Part shown: piece by piece, positions 8,639-18,022 of the stretch
How the letters are laid out: the number at the start of each line of letters is the position of its first letter
How positions within the stretch are numbered: position 1 is the first letter of the stretch
Virus record (IMG/VR): IMGVR_UViG_3300032893_000069
Coordinates: 1-50,097 of that record
Reading direction: 5' to 3' (one strand)
Length of the DNA stretch: 50,097 nt
Source of the DNA: a virus
Lineage: Duplodnaviria; Caudoviricetes
The notes under the pieces: model-generated
The model's database searches: none
What the model was told of the DNA's origin: nothing
What the model saw: only the letters and a program-made list of their open reading frames with translations
Translations under genes and position numbers: made by a program

Positions 8639-9237
8639 TGGCAATCTCACTCCGAACCTTCCCAGCCAAGTTGCGCGAAAGCATCATCGAGAACAACGGG
8701 AACGACCCGTCAAAGTGGAACCAAGAACTGCGCGACCTCTTTGATACATCCATCGAACCCGAACTGGTTTCCGCCCCGATCTCCGGCAAGGTAGACAAGT
8801 TCCTGAACCCCGACTACCACTACTACTGGGCATTCGACCGCGCAGAGCGGCATGAGCGCGTGGAAGAGTTGCGATTCGCCGGCTGGGAGTTTGCCACCAC
8901 CAACGATGTGAAAATGTGCGCGGAGTCCAGCGTGGTTGGCCGCAAGAAGGACAAGGCATCGAAGGACGGCGGCGAAGGTTTCTCGGATGAGATTCGCAGC
9001 GGCGACCGACGTTTGATGAAGATTCCCATGAGCATTTGGCGCAAGAACAAGAAGGCGCAACTCATGGCGGCTTTCCAGCAGTCGTATCCGCAGGCGTTCG
9101 GGAATACCGGACAGCCGATGGATGCTGCTTCACTGATTCCCGGATTCAAGACGGAGATGATGGATCCTGCCGCCATTGACGAAACACGGCGTCGGGCCAA
9201 TCCAGGCAATTCCGTTCTGGCACAAAAGGAGCGATAA
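8638..9237 (+). CDS. conserved head-module protein
   Basis: YYW...GWEF...GDRRLMKIP pattern; coupled to the scaffold gene. Confidence 0.55.
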   Translation: MAISLRTFPAKLRESIIENNGNDPSKWNQELRDLFDTSIEPELVSAPISGKVDKFLNPDYHYYWAFDRAERHERVEELRFAGWEFATTNDVKMCAESSVVGRKKDKASKDGGEGFSDEIRSGDRRLMKIPMSIWRKNKKAQLMAAFQQSYPQAFGNTGQPMDAASLIPGFKTEMMDPAAIDETRRRANPGNSVLAQKER

Positions 9238-9240
9238 CAC

Positions 9241-9876
9241 ATGGCTGCTACCGCATTCGCAGACGCGATTGAAGCATACGGCGACATTGGTGGAGCAATC
9301 TCGTATCCCATCAACTGGCTCCCGGAAGAGTCTGGGCAGACATTCCCCATCGGTGTGCCTGTGCAGGTTAACGGCACGGACGGTGGCGTGCAGCTTTGGG
9401 ATGGATCCACGCTGACCGCTGGGATCGCGGGATTCAGCGTAGTGGCCGCGCAGAACCTCGGAACCACGGGGTCTGGTGCTGCCGCGCCGTTCGGCCCGAT
9501 TACTGGCCCCGGCTCCAATATCGGCAACTACGCGCCGAACGCAACGCAGTCCTCGGCACTGATTAGCCCTCCGGGAGTGCCCATCTCGATTGGTCTTTCC
9601 GGCTTTGCGGTTGCCGCTCCAACGACGATTTTCATCGGCAAGATCGGGACCAGTTTGACCAACCCCGGCCCCGTGGCCACCACGCAGCAGCAGGTTGGCG
9701 TGGCCTACGGGCTGACGAAGGACACGCTCACAGGCTTCTGGTATGTAGACGTGAACAAGACGGGCGGCAGCGCGGCAGTTCGCGTGGTCGGCCTCGGGCA
9801 GTTGGAAGCAGTCGGCACAGTCGGCGGACACGTTCTGTTTATCGTGCTGCCAGCAGTTGCTCAGATTATCGCTTAA
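9241..9876 (+). CDS. capsid decoration/cement protein (putative)
   Basis: Gly/Ala/Val-rich beta protein (EESGQTFPIGVPV, IAGFS) upstream of the MCP. Confidence 0.55.
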   Translation: MAATAFADAIEAYGDIGGAISYPINWLPEESGQTFPIGVPVQVNGTDGGVQLWDGSTLTAGIAGFSVVAAQNLGTTGSGAAAPFGPITGPGSNIGNYAPNATQSSALISPPGVPISIGLSGFAVAAPTTIFIGKIGTSLTNPGPVATTQQQVGVAYGLTKDTLTGFWYVDVNKTGGSAAVRVVGLGQLEAVGTVGGHVLFIVLPAVAQIIA

Positions 9877-10331
9877 CTATTTTCAAGGAGAGCACGCTTT
9901 TTATCGGCTACTTTATGGCAAGGGGAACACAACCAGATCACTTCCAGCGGCTTACTGTAGTCGTCATGGTGGGCCTGTGGCCTGCACTTTTGACCGCAAA
10001 GCACGCAGTGGTCCGGGCGTATCAATTTGCCATGTCGAACCGCGTAATAAACGGCACTCTTTGCTATGCGGCGCTCAGGAAACTTGTCGTGATATTTCTC
10101 GACTATTTCCGCAAAACGTTTGCGATTCTTCGCTCGCCAAGCGCGGTTAGCTTTAGCCACATTCATGCGATGCTGTTCTCTGTTTTCTTGGACCCATCGC
10201 TTCATGGCTTCGCGCTTCTGCTCGGCGTGCTCTCTACTGTATTGGCGGTCCTTTTCCTTGAGCCGCTCCAAGTTTTTAAGTCTGTACTGACGTTGGTACT
10301 CTTTTCTGGCTTCTGGGTCTTTAAGAGGCAT
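9873..10331 (-). CDS. free-standing HNH-family endonuclease, antisense to the head operon
   Basis: CVLC...QAHHDDYSKPLEVIWLCSPCH; likely start MPLKDP at 10331 with GGAG SD. Confidence 0.75.
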   Translation of the reverse strand: MPLKDPEARKEYQRQYRLKNLERLKEKDRQYSREHAEQKREAMKRWVQENREQHRMNVAKANRAWRAKNRKRFAEIVEKYHDKFPERRIAKSAVYYAVRHGKLIRPDHCVLCGQKCRPQAHHDDYSKPLEVIWLCSPCHKVADKKRALLENS

Positions 10332-10355
10332 GTTGTTAAGGACTCCGATTCTAGG

Positions 10356-10384
10356 AATATACCGCAATCCGTAAGGATGTGCAA
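10356..10384 (-). promoter_or_regulatory. promoter for the antisense HNH gene
   Basis: TTGCAC-17 nt-TATATT on the minus strand. Confidence 0.55.
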
Positions 10385-10410
10385 GTGAAAAACGAGAGAG
10401 GTGAATAGCC

Positions 10411-11373
10411 GTGGCCGGAAACATTCTTGTGCGCAACACCTTCCCACCGCTCCTTGCGGCTGGTCTTCGTTACGTATTTTGGCAAGCCACTGATCTCAAA
10501 GAGCATGCGCCGCAGTACACGCACTACATCAATGAGATGACATCGGAAGATGCCTACGAGATTGACTACGAACTCTCGGGCACTGGACCGATGCCGATGA
10601 TGCAGGAAGGCTCCGCGCCGGCTGCGGACGGCATCATCCAGGGCGGCACCCGGAAGTACGTACACATCCAGTACGGACTCCTGACGGAAGCCACGCGCCA
10701 GCTTGTCGCGGACGACAAGTACGGCATCATTATGAACGTGCCGAAGTCTCACGCACGCTCCGCGCTGTACGCGAAGGAAGCGGTTGCGGCCTCGCTGTTC
10801 AACCTCGGCGGGACCTCCATCACCACCACCAACGGTGCGACGCTGTTCAACACCGCGCAGCCCTTGATGGGCGGGTCGCAGGCAACCACGCTGGCCCCGA
10901 ACATTTCCACGATCATCAATTCGGCTGGCACCTATCCGAACCGGCCCACCCCCGACTCGGACCTGACCAATACTGCCTTGCAGCAAGCCATCACGATGAT
11001 CGCGCTGCAACCGGATGACCGCGGCATCCCCATCCACGTGAAACCGAAGTATCTGGTCCACGCGCAGCAGAACCGCCGCAACGTGCGCGAACTGCTTGGC
11101 TCGGGCGGCGTGCCGGGATCTGCGAACAACGAATTGAACTGGCTCCAGGGCGAGTCGCTGACGGGCCTTGAGTTGAACTACCTGACCACCCCGTTCGGGT
11201 GGGGGTTGCTCACCGACAAGGAAGGGCACATGCTCAAACTTTACGATAGAGAGCCGTTGATGGCGGCAACCGACGACGACTTCAAGACAGAAGTTTTGCT
11301 CTTCAAATCGACGCAACGTTTCAGCGTGGGCGCGACGAGCTGGCGTGGGACCTGGTGGTCTTTCGGAAGTTGA
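10411..11373 (+). CDS. major capsid protein (HK97 fold, Mu gpT-like family)
   Basis: EG...Y.H.QYGL...TRQLVADDKYG, LFNTAQP, PKYLV, RFSVGATSWRG; strong GAGGTG SD. Confidence 0.85.
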   Translation: MAGNILVRNTFPPLLAAGLRYVFWQATDLKEHAPQYTHYINEMTSEDAYEIDYELSGTGPMPMMQEGSAPAADGIIQGGTRKYVHIQYGLLTEATRQLVADDKYGIIMNVPKSHARSALYAKEAVAASLFNLGGTSITTTNGATLFNTAQPLMGGSQATTLAPNISTIINSAGTYPNRPTPDSDLTNTALQQAITMIALQPDDRGIPIHVKPKYLVHAQQNRRNVRELLGSGGVPGSANNELNWLQGESLTGLELNYLTTPFGWGLLTDKEGHMLKLYDREPLMAATDDDFKTEVLLFKSTQRFSVGATSWRGTWWSFGS

Positions 11374-11397
11374 TTATTTTCAGTAACTTACGGAAAT

Positions 11398-12129
11398 ATG
11401 AGCGAAGAGAGCAAACTTTATTTCTGCAAGAAATGCGAGAGGATGTTGCCTCTGGGGAAGATACGTACTCGCGTAAGCAAGCGTGGCGTTCTTCACATAG
11501 ACAATATCTGTAAATCTTGCCACGCGAAGCGCGATTGCGCCAATCTGCGACTCCAGATGTTTGAGCATCTTGGCGACCGCTGCGCGTGCTGCGGAGAATC
11601 TCATCCATATTTCTTGACGCTTGAACACATCAACGGGGATTCGAGTAAGCATTTTTACGGTCGCAAGGATATGAAGCCTGCGCATCGGGAACAGTCGAAC
11701 ACCTACGTTGAGTTGCGCAAGGCCCGCAGAAGCGGGTGGGATAGGACGCAGTACGAGGTGCTCTGCATCAACTGCAATTTTGCGAAGGGGCACTACGGAC
11801 AGTGCCCACACAGAACCGGGGTAACCAAGGAGCAGGTGCTTACTTCACTAGAAGCGGCGCGTGTCGGAATCGGTTATGAGCGTTCTGTTAAAGCGATGGT
11901 CGAGGGCGGAAAGGTGACGCGGTTTACTGGCGGCCCCGACCCACGCCGCCCAGAGATGAAGGGAAACAAGTTCGCTGCGCACTTGACTGCCGACCAGGTT
12001 CGAGAGATAAAGATGCTGCGCGGAACTGGGAAGTTCCAACGAGAAGTTGCCGAGCAATATGGCGTGAGTAGGGCACTCGTTGGTCTGTTGTGGTCTGATA
12101 AGCGCTGGAAGGAATTGCGGGTGAACTGA
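11398..12129 (+). CDS. HNH-like endonuclease with C-terminal HTH
   Basis: CACCGE...LTLEHING...VLCINCN; LTADQVREIK...QREVAEQYGVS. Confidence 0.75.
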   Translation: MSEESKLYFCKKCERMLPLGKIRTRVSKRGVLHIDNICKSCHAKRDCANLRLQMFEHLGDRCACCGESHPYFLTLEHINGDSSKHFYGRKDMKPAHREQSNTYVELRKARRSGWDRTQYEVLCINCNFAKGHYGQCPHRTGVTKEQVLTSLEAARVGIGYERSVKAMVEGGKVTRFTGGPDPRRPEMKGNKFAAHLTADQVREIKMLRGTGKFQREVAEQYGVSRALVGLLWSDKRWKELRVN

Positions 12130-12659
12130 TGACTCAGATTGCAAACAGCACATTCAGTCAGTGGCTTGACCAGTTTCGTCCCACAGGCTTTCCCAACGGG
12201 ATTGAGACGCAGGGCATCACGAAGCTAGCTGTCTCGTATCAGTTGACGAGTGCACAGTTGCTTGCCTTGCAGACCACGGCAGTTACGCTGGTGCCTGCTC
12301 CGGTGACGAGCAATATCCCCGCGCCGCCCAACGGGTATCTGTTCTACCCAACGGCGCTGGAAGCGGAGTACGTCTACAACACCACGGCGTACACCATCGG
12401 GAACGCGGACAACGCTTTCCAGATCGAGTACGTGGGCAAGAGCACGGCGCTACTTTCCATGCTGGTGACCGGGCTTGTGGACCAGACGGCGGTGACGGTT
12501 GCGCGAAACTCCGTAACCTCTCCCGGATCCAAGATCGCAAAAGCCAATTGCGCCAACCTGGGCTTGGAAGTAAAATTGATTGGAACCACCCCGGCGCTTA
12601 CGCTTGGCGACGGCAAGGTGAATCTGTACCTCGAATACAATGTGTACTGCCTGTTCTAA
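12129..12659 (+). CDS. virion structural protein (putative)
   Basis: LTSAQLLAL...LVPAP motif, beta-rich, follows the MCP. Confidence 0.5.
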   Translation: MTQIANSTFSQWLDQFRPTGFPNGIETQGITKLAVSYQLTSAQLLALQTTAVTLVPAPVTSNIPAPPNGYLFYPTALEAEYVYNTTAYTIGNADNAFQIEYVGKSTALLSMLVTGLVDQTAVTVARNSVTSPGSKIAKANCANLGLEVKLIGTTPALTLGDGKVNLYLEYNVYCLF

Positions 12660-12670
12660 AGTGAGGGACC

Positions 12671-12958
12671 TTGAAGCATCTGGCGACAATCTCCGAAGGG
12701 CGCTTCGAGCGCAAGCCGTCCCACGTTGAGTGTTCGTGTGGAGTGGCCGGGGATTTTGCTTCCGAGACGGAAGCACGCGACTGGATGGAGTCCCAGCACT
12801 TTGCCAAGCTGACCGGAATTGCCTACGGCGAATTTCTCTCTGCCACCCCCAACCAACCCTCTGAGCCGACTCCCGAAAAGGAGTCGGTGCCGGAGGGAGA
12901 TAAAAAAAAAGAAGCAGAAGCCGTTCCTCACACTGAAACTGTAGGCGGTGACGCATGA
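12671..12958 (+). CDS. hypothetical protein
   Basis: TTG start with GAGGGA SD; CSC...H motif and acidic tail. Confidence 0.45.
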   Translation: MKHLATISEGRFERKPSHVECSCGVAGDFASETEARDWMESQHFAKLTGIAYGEFLSATPNQPSEPTPEKESVPEGDKKKEAEAVPHTETVGGDA

Positions 12959-13221
12959 TTTGGAGGGGCTGCGGGGACTTTGTTTACTACACGTGCATGC
13001 GGACCAACAGAAAATGGCCGCTTGAAGATATGTCGTGGGATGACGGGCTTTTGGTCTGCAACTGGGCAAAAGACGGCGCAATAAATGGCTCGTTTGAATT
13101 TCGAACAGCGATCGAGGCTTCACGGGACCGGCGCGAGCTAACACCAGATCCAAAAATCATCAACCCGGTTGACCCAAGCCAGCAACTTTTCTCTCTGCCG
13201 GCGAGTAGCGGAGGACTGTAG
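12955..13221 (+). CDS. small virion-module protein
   Basis: C.RT..KWP...WDDGLLVC pattern; coupled within the operon. Confidence 0.5.
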   Translation: MIWRGCGDFVYYTCMRTNRKWPLEDMSWDDGLLVCNWAKDGAINGSFEFRTAIEASRDRRELTPDPKIINPVDPSQQLFSLPASSGGL

Positions 13222-13223
13222 CC

Positions 13224-13724
13224 GTGGCCGAAATTTCAGGCAATCCTTGGAGCTTCACGAGTAGCGACCAGGCTACGTCCGCGTCAATCTCTTCGATTGT
13301 GCGAAATGGGCAAGGCTCCGCGCTGATTACGACTTCCGGTGCACACGGCATCGCCGTGGATGCGTACATCTCCGTGCAGGGCACTACCACAGAAAAGGGC
13401 TGGCGCGGTGGATACCGCGTGCTCATGGTGCCCAGCACTACAACGCTGCTTGTGGGAATCACGCCGCAGCAATCGCTGCTTGCCAACAACGGCGCGAATG
13501 GAACCGTGCTCACTGCGGCCTACACGCAACTTATCGAAGTGACGCAGATGCTTTGGGACGGGCCTACGGCGGCGGATGTGCTTTCGCTGACCGACTTGAC
13601 TGGACGGCTGGTGTGGAACCCGACAGCGGTAACGGGCGGATCGTACACTTACATGAAGTCGTTTCCAATTTTTGGGCTGGTCTTGAACGCGATTCCTTCG
13701 GGGAAACTGCAAATCAGCGTGTAG
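13224..13724 (+). CDS. virion structural protein with FCCH-like beta module
   Basis: ITTSGAHGIAVDAYISVQG...GGYRV; GGAGG SD. Confidence 0.55.
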   Translation: MAEISGNPWSFTSSDQATSASISSIVRNGQGSALITTSGAHGIAVDAYISVQGTTTEKGWRGGYRVLMVPSTTTLLVGITPQQSLLANNGANGTVLTAAYTQLIEVTQMLWDGPTAADVLSLTDLTGRLVWNPTAVTGGSYTYMKSFPIFGLVLNAIPSGKLQISV

Positions 13725-13735
13725 AGGAAATCAAT

Positions 13736-15013
13736 GTGGCAATCTCCATTAAGGCAAATGGCGCGGTTTCCATCGAGTACGAGGGCAAATACGCCGGCCT
13801 GGATGTAGAGAATCCAGAAACCCTAATCTCCGACAAGGCTTCCCCTTCCTTCAATAACTTCATGCTGCGCAACGCGGAACTCCGCTCGCGGCCTGCTGTT
13901 ACGCAAATCTACCCCGGACCTTCCACGCAAGGGTGGGCGCTGGGCGTTACTTCCTTTGGTGACATCAACGGCACCACGCACATCGTTATGTGGGAAGGCA
14001 GCACACTCTACCAGTTCAACCCTGCTCTGCTGCCGGGGAACCCGTGGGCGACAGTGGGCACAGCGTCTCCCGGCGACATGGGACAGAACACTGTCACGTA
14101 CCGCGCATTCGCAAATCAGATTTTCTATGGCAATACAGGCTTTCAATACGTGCGCAGCGGGCGCAGCATACTCACTCCGTTTCTTGCCTATTGGGACGGA
14201 CTATCATCGGCTCCGGTGTATCAGCAGACTTACGGCGATGCCTCGACATCAAATTCCGTAGCAGGAATTTCCAAAACTGATTCACCGACAGTGGGCGGAT
14301 CGCTGCCTGGTGCTCCAACCATGACAGGGCCGCTGGACATCGGCGGCGCATACCTCGGGGAACTGAACAACTATCTAATCCTTGCCAACGTAAACGTGAA
14401 GGACGAAGGCACGGGCATCATCCGCAACTACCCAAACCTGATGTGGTGGAGCGCGAACGGCCTGCCGCTACAGTGGGACCCGACACAAAACACATCCGCT
14501 GGATTCAACGCTTTTCTGGACGTTCCGGACGTGATTACCGGACTGGCTACAATGGGCGTGGCCGGCTACTTGTTCCGCACAAACGGCATCACACAGTTTG
14601 CTCCAACCGGGAGCAGTATCTTGCCGTGGCAATTCAATCATATGTGGGCCAGCGAGCACGGCATTGGCAACGTGCTCCCGTGGTCCATCGCGCAGTACGG
14701 GCCAAACTGTGCGTTCATCTCCACAGATAACATCTACACGCTGAGCATCACTACATCGCAGCCGATTGGCGGGACAGCAAGAGACGCCATCTTCGCGGAC
14801 ATTGCAAACTCGCAATTCACGCCGTTCGCAACCATCGTGCCTTTTTTCGCAGCAGGCTACACCTACTTGACGTATCAGATTTACGTCACCGTGAACAATT
14901 TCGTGCGCCTGTACGTGTACTCTTTCGAGGATCAGAACTGGTCAACGTGGGACCTGGGACTCATCAACAGCCCCAACTATCCAGTTCTGACCTGTGCTCC
15001 AAACGTGGTGTGA
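13736..15013 (+). CDS. tail nozzle / DNA-stabilisation protein (P22 gp10-like beta-propeller), N-terminal part
   Basis: LMWWSANG.P.QWD, ITGL, GIGNVLPWSIAQYG..FISTDNIY blades; GTG at 13736 with GAGGA SD is more plausible than the track start at 13553. Confidence 0.65.
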   Translation: MAISIKANGAVSIEYEGKYAGLDVENPETLISDKASPSFNNFMLRNAELRSRPAVTQIYPGPSTQGWALGVTSFGDINGTTHIVMWEGSTLYQFNPALLPGNPWATVGTASPGDMGQNTVTYRAFANQIFYGNTGFQYVRSGRSILTPFLAYWDGLSSAPVYQQTYGDASTSNSVAGISKTDSPTVGGSLPGAPTMTGPLDIGGAYLGELNNYLILANVNVKDEGTGIIRNYPNLMWWSANGLPLQWDPTQNTSAGFNAFLDVPDVITGLATMGVAGYLFRTNGITQFAPTGSSILPWQFNHMWASEHGIGNVLPWSIAQYGPNCAFISTDNIYTLSITTSQPIGGTARDAIFADIANSQFTPFATIVPFFAAGYTYLTYQIYVTVNNFVRLYVYSFEDQNWSTWDLGLINSPNYPVLTCAPNVV

Positions 15014-15014
15014 T

Positions 15015-15983
15015 ATGCCGATACCTAAGAATCCAACCATCGGCTCCATCAGTCCCACATCAGGGATTGCGGGAACGCACGTAACCATCAACGGAAATAA
15101 CTTCACCGCCTACGGCCAAGCCTACGTCACATTCAATGGGGTAGGGGCAGCATTCCTCTCGCAGAACAACACAAGCATGGTGGTAACTGCTCCGGTGGGC
15201 GGAACCACGGGTCCTGTGGTCGTGCACAACGCCTACGGGAGTAGCGGCGGCATCACCTTCACGTATTTGACGCTTTCCCCGCCTACCATCTCAGGGCTAA
15301 GCCCAAGCTCGGGAAATCCTGGGCAGTTGGTAGGCATCACGGGGACAAACTTTGGGGCCACACAGGGAACAAGCACAGTCACGTTTAACGGTGTTGTGGC
15401 TGCTATCGTGTCTTGGTCCTCGACAAGCATTTCCGCCGTAGTGCCATCTACTGCCACTACAGGGCCGGTGGTTGTGACCGTTGGCGGAGTAGCCAGCAAC
15501 TCTTCTACGTTCACAATCTCCACGCCTTCTAATGGCGGAGTGAGTGGGCCGCTGGGCTTGCTGCTGATTCCCGCGCAAAACGGCGGAACGCCAAACGTGT
15601 TCACGCTGGACCCGACAAACTTCAATGATCCTGCAAACGGCAGCTACTACTACTGGAAAGTAGAGGACGGGATTGCAGGCCGCGTGATGACGATCAACCG
15701 CGTAATTCTGTCTTACCGGGATCTGGGCGTAGCGACAATCACGGTGGGGCTGAACGGGGTATCAGGCGAGAAGGACTCGAACAACGCAGATACGCCAGTG
15801 TCCAACTCGCAGCAGATCGTCATTGGTACCGTGGCAGCATCGCAAAAGATTTGCACGATAGTTCTTGGCCTTGCGCTGACAGGGTGTAACCTGCAAGCGA
15901 GTGTGACGCGAGCGCCGAACGCTGGGCCAGTGTCTATCACGAAACTTCGGATGGAAGGGAAGATAGAGGACACAACGTACTGA
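15015..15983 (+). CDS. IPT/TIG-repeat protein with nozzle-like C-terminal beta-sandwich
   Basis: Two repeats of PTI..ISPTSG..GT.VTI.G.NF...VTFNG...VP...TTGPVVV. Confidence 0.7.
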   Translation: MPIPKNPTIGSISPTSGIAGTHVTINGNNFTAYGQAYVTFNGVGAAFLSQNNTSMVVTAPVGGTTGPVVVHNAYGSSGGITFTYLTLSPPTISGLSPSSGNPGQLVGITGTNFGATQGTSTVTFNGVVAAIVSWSSTSISAVVPSTATTGPVVVTVGGVASNSSTFTISTPSNGGVSGPLGLLLIPAQNGGTPNVFTLDPTNFNDPANGSYYYWKVEDGIAGRVMTINRVILSYRDLGVATITVGLNGVSGEKDSNNADTPVSNSQQIVIGTVAASQKICTIVLGLALTGCNLQASVTRAPNAGPVSITKLRMEGKIEDTTY

Positions 15984-15984
15984 T

Positions 15985-16335
15985 ATGCGCGCACAACCGA
16001 CGATTCTCGGAAGCCCACGGAATCCACTGGACATTACGCGGTGGATTGAGCGCCTTGCGCTGGTGCTGAATACCAACGTGTCGTTTGGCTCCACGATGAG
16101 CAACCAAGACGGCGACATAAACATCAGTTGCGCAAAATTTCAAGGAACCTCACCGGGGTCCGCAAACACAGATTTTACGCTGGCGCACAGTTTAGGAAGA
16201 ATTCCCAATACGATAGTTGGGCAGGATACGAACAATGGCGGCTTGGTCTACCGGGGTTCTGTGGCGTGGTCGAAAACCCATGTGACATTCCGCTGTACTA
16301 CGGCGTCCGCCACGTATAACATCATCGTGAGCTAG
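15985..16335 (+). CDS. tail protein (putative)
   Basis: FTLAHSLGRIP motif; located in the tail operon. Confidence 0.55.
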   Translation: MRAQPTILGSPRNPLDITRWIERLALVLNTNVSFGSTMSNQDGDINISCAKFQGTSPGSANTDFTLAHSLGRIPNTIVGQDTNNGGLVYRGSVAWSKTHVTFRCTTASATYNIIVS

Positions 16336-16345
16336 GAGAAAAAGC

Positions 16346-16756
16346 GTGTCTACTCCAAACCTAAACGTCCTGCTGAGCGCAAGCCTAGCGACCTACGACA
16401 ACACGCAGGCAAACACGCCGCTGCTTGCCAAGCTGTCCGCTGGCAACCCTACCTTTGGCGCAACGACAGACTTCTACAACGAGTTTTTGCAGGCTACCGT
16501 GGGCGGAGTAACGCCTAGCCTTCCGGCTGCGACGTGCTACGTCTGCTGGATTCGCAACCGATCCACGGTAACATCGCCAATATACGTGCAGGTTGGAATC
16601 ACTTTCGTCTCGCCGGGGAATGCGAGCATCTTCACGCTCGGGCCGGGAGACTTGTTTGTGTACGATGCAGCGTCGAAACTCACGGGCGGATACACTGCCC
16701 TGACGCTAACCGGACTTTCGAGCACGTGTCCCGTGGAAGTTTACTTGGCAGGGTGA
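16346..16756 (+). CDS. virion structural protein (putative)
   Basis: Beta-rich (WIRN...LGPGD...VEVYLAG); AGGAG SD. Confidence 0.5.
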   Translation: MSTPNLNVLLSASLATYDNTQANTPLLAKLSAGNPTFGATTDFYNEFLQATVGGVTPSLPAATCYVCWIRNRSTVTSPIYVQVGITFVSPGNASIFTLGPGDLFVYDAASKLTGGYTALTLTGLSSTCPVEVYLAG

Positions 16757-16760
16757 AAAC

Positions 16761-17546
16761 GTGGCCAGCGCACCCCCAGCATCAACGAACATCACCATTC
16801 AGGACCTCATCACTGAGGTTCAAGGGTGGTTGCAGAATCGGCAGGATGCGAGCGAGTCGCAGACCAATGCAACCATGCGGCCTTCGTTCTGGCTCAAGCG
16901 TGCCTTGCAAGAACTGACCGCGAACTACGAGTTTGAAGAACTGAAAGTTAGCGGACCAGTTGTAAACATTGGACCCAATCTCGGTTTTGAAGGGTCCAAC
17001 TACGCCTACCAAGTTTCTTACTTTCTGAACCCCGGCGACGATGTGACGCTGACGTTCGACCCAGTAATCTTCCTGTCTCCTGCACAAGCACAGCAAGCAG
17101 GCATCGCTACAAGCACGGCAAATGTCGTGGGCTATTCGATGGATTTTGTTGATATGAAGGCAATCCAACCGCTCCTCTTTATTCCGGGAGGGGTACCCTT
17201 CAAGTACTGTAGGCACGGGAATCAACTGCTATTCGGCACTCAACCGGGGAGTATTTATCAAGTCTACTTGCCCTATCAGGTACGGCATCCGTTTGACGAC
17301 GACAATCTGACTTCTTCTCCGGTTTTACTTCCTTCCGACTGGCATGAAATTGCAGTTATTGCAGCCGCGGAGCGCGGAGCAGTAAAATTGAGGTGGAATG
17401 ACCAAAGCTCGTATTTGCACAACATTTTGTATGGCGATCCCGAGGACCCGGAAAAGCCGGGGTTGATTGCAAAACACCTGCTGCAACCGGAGCGTGACCG
17501 CCGATTGAGTCCGATGATGTTGCAAGTCGGGTATTCGAGGTACTGA
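16761..17546 (+). CDS. head-tail adaptor (tail tubular A-like)
   Basis: TIQDLITEV...WLKRALQEL...GVPFKY...LLPSDWHEIAVIAAA. Confidence 0.65.
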   Translation: MASAPPASTNITIQDLITEVQGWLQNRQDASESQTNATMRPSFWLKRALQELTANYEFEELKVSGPVVNIGPNLGFEGSNYAYQVSYFLNPGDDVTLTFDPVIFLSPAQAQQAGIATSTANVVGYSMDFVDMKAIQPLLFIPGGVPFKYCRHGNQLLFGTQPGSIYQVYLPYQVRHPFDDDNLTSSPVLLPSDWHEIAVIAAAERGAVKLRWNDQSSYLHNILYGDPEDPEKPGLIAKHLLQPERDRRLSPMMLQVGYSRY

Positions 17547-18020
17547 ATGAGGCCAACTACACAAGAAGAAAAATTCTGGCGTCACGTCGATAAGAAGGGG
17601 ACTGACGAGTGTTGGGAATGGCAAGGCTCACTCAGGAAGGGATACGGGTTTTTCAAGCATCACGAAGATGGGAGGCCGCGAAAAATTTCAGTCCACAGAT
17701 TTTCGTTTGAATTGCATAAAGGGAAAATGGATGCTGGAAAACAGTGCTGCCATACCTGTGACAACCCGAAGTGCGTTAATCCCCGCCATCTTTTTGAGGG
17801 GACAGGGATGGACAACGTTCGAGATGCGATGGAGAAGGGACGTAGGACGCAGAATGGCGAATTGAACAAAAGCAGGAAACTTGACCCTGCTAAGATTAGG
17901 GGAATTAGGCTCTACAGGCGGCAAAAATACACGCAACAAAACATCGCCCAGAGGTATAATGTGTCCGTTGCGTTGATTGGCCAGATACTTCGTGGGAAAA
18001 TCTGGACGCATGTGAGGTAA
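17547..18020 (+). CDS. free-standing HNH endonuclease with C-terminal HTH
   Basis: FWRHVDK...CWEWQG...HRFSFELH...CHTCDNPKCVNPRHLFEGT..DN. Confidence 0.9.
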   Translation: MRPTTQEEKFWRHVDKKGTDECWEWQGSLRKGYGFFKHHEDGRPRKISVHRFSFELHKGKMDAGKQCCHTCDNPKCVNPRHLFEGTGMDNVRDAMEKGRRTQNGELNKSRKLDPAKIRGIRLYRRQKYTQQNIAQRYNVSVALIGQILRGKIWTHVR

Positions 18021-18022
18021 TT

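Noticed and set aside
9873-12129. HNH genes as group I intron ORFs
   Set aside because: The flanking decoration and capsid genes read as uninterrupted, and the gaps are too short for intron cores
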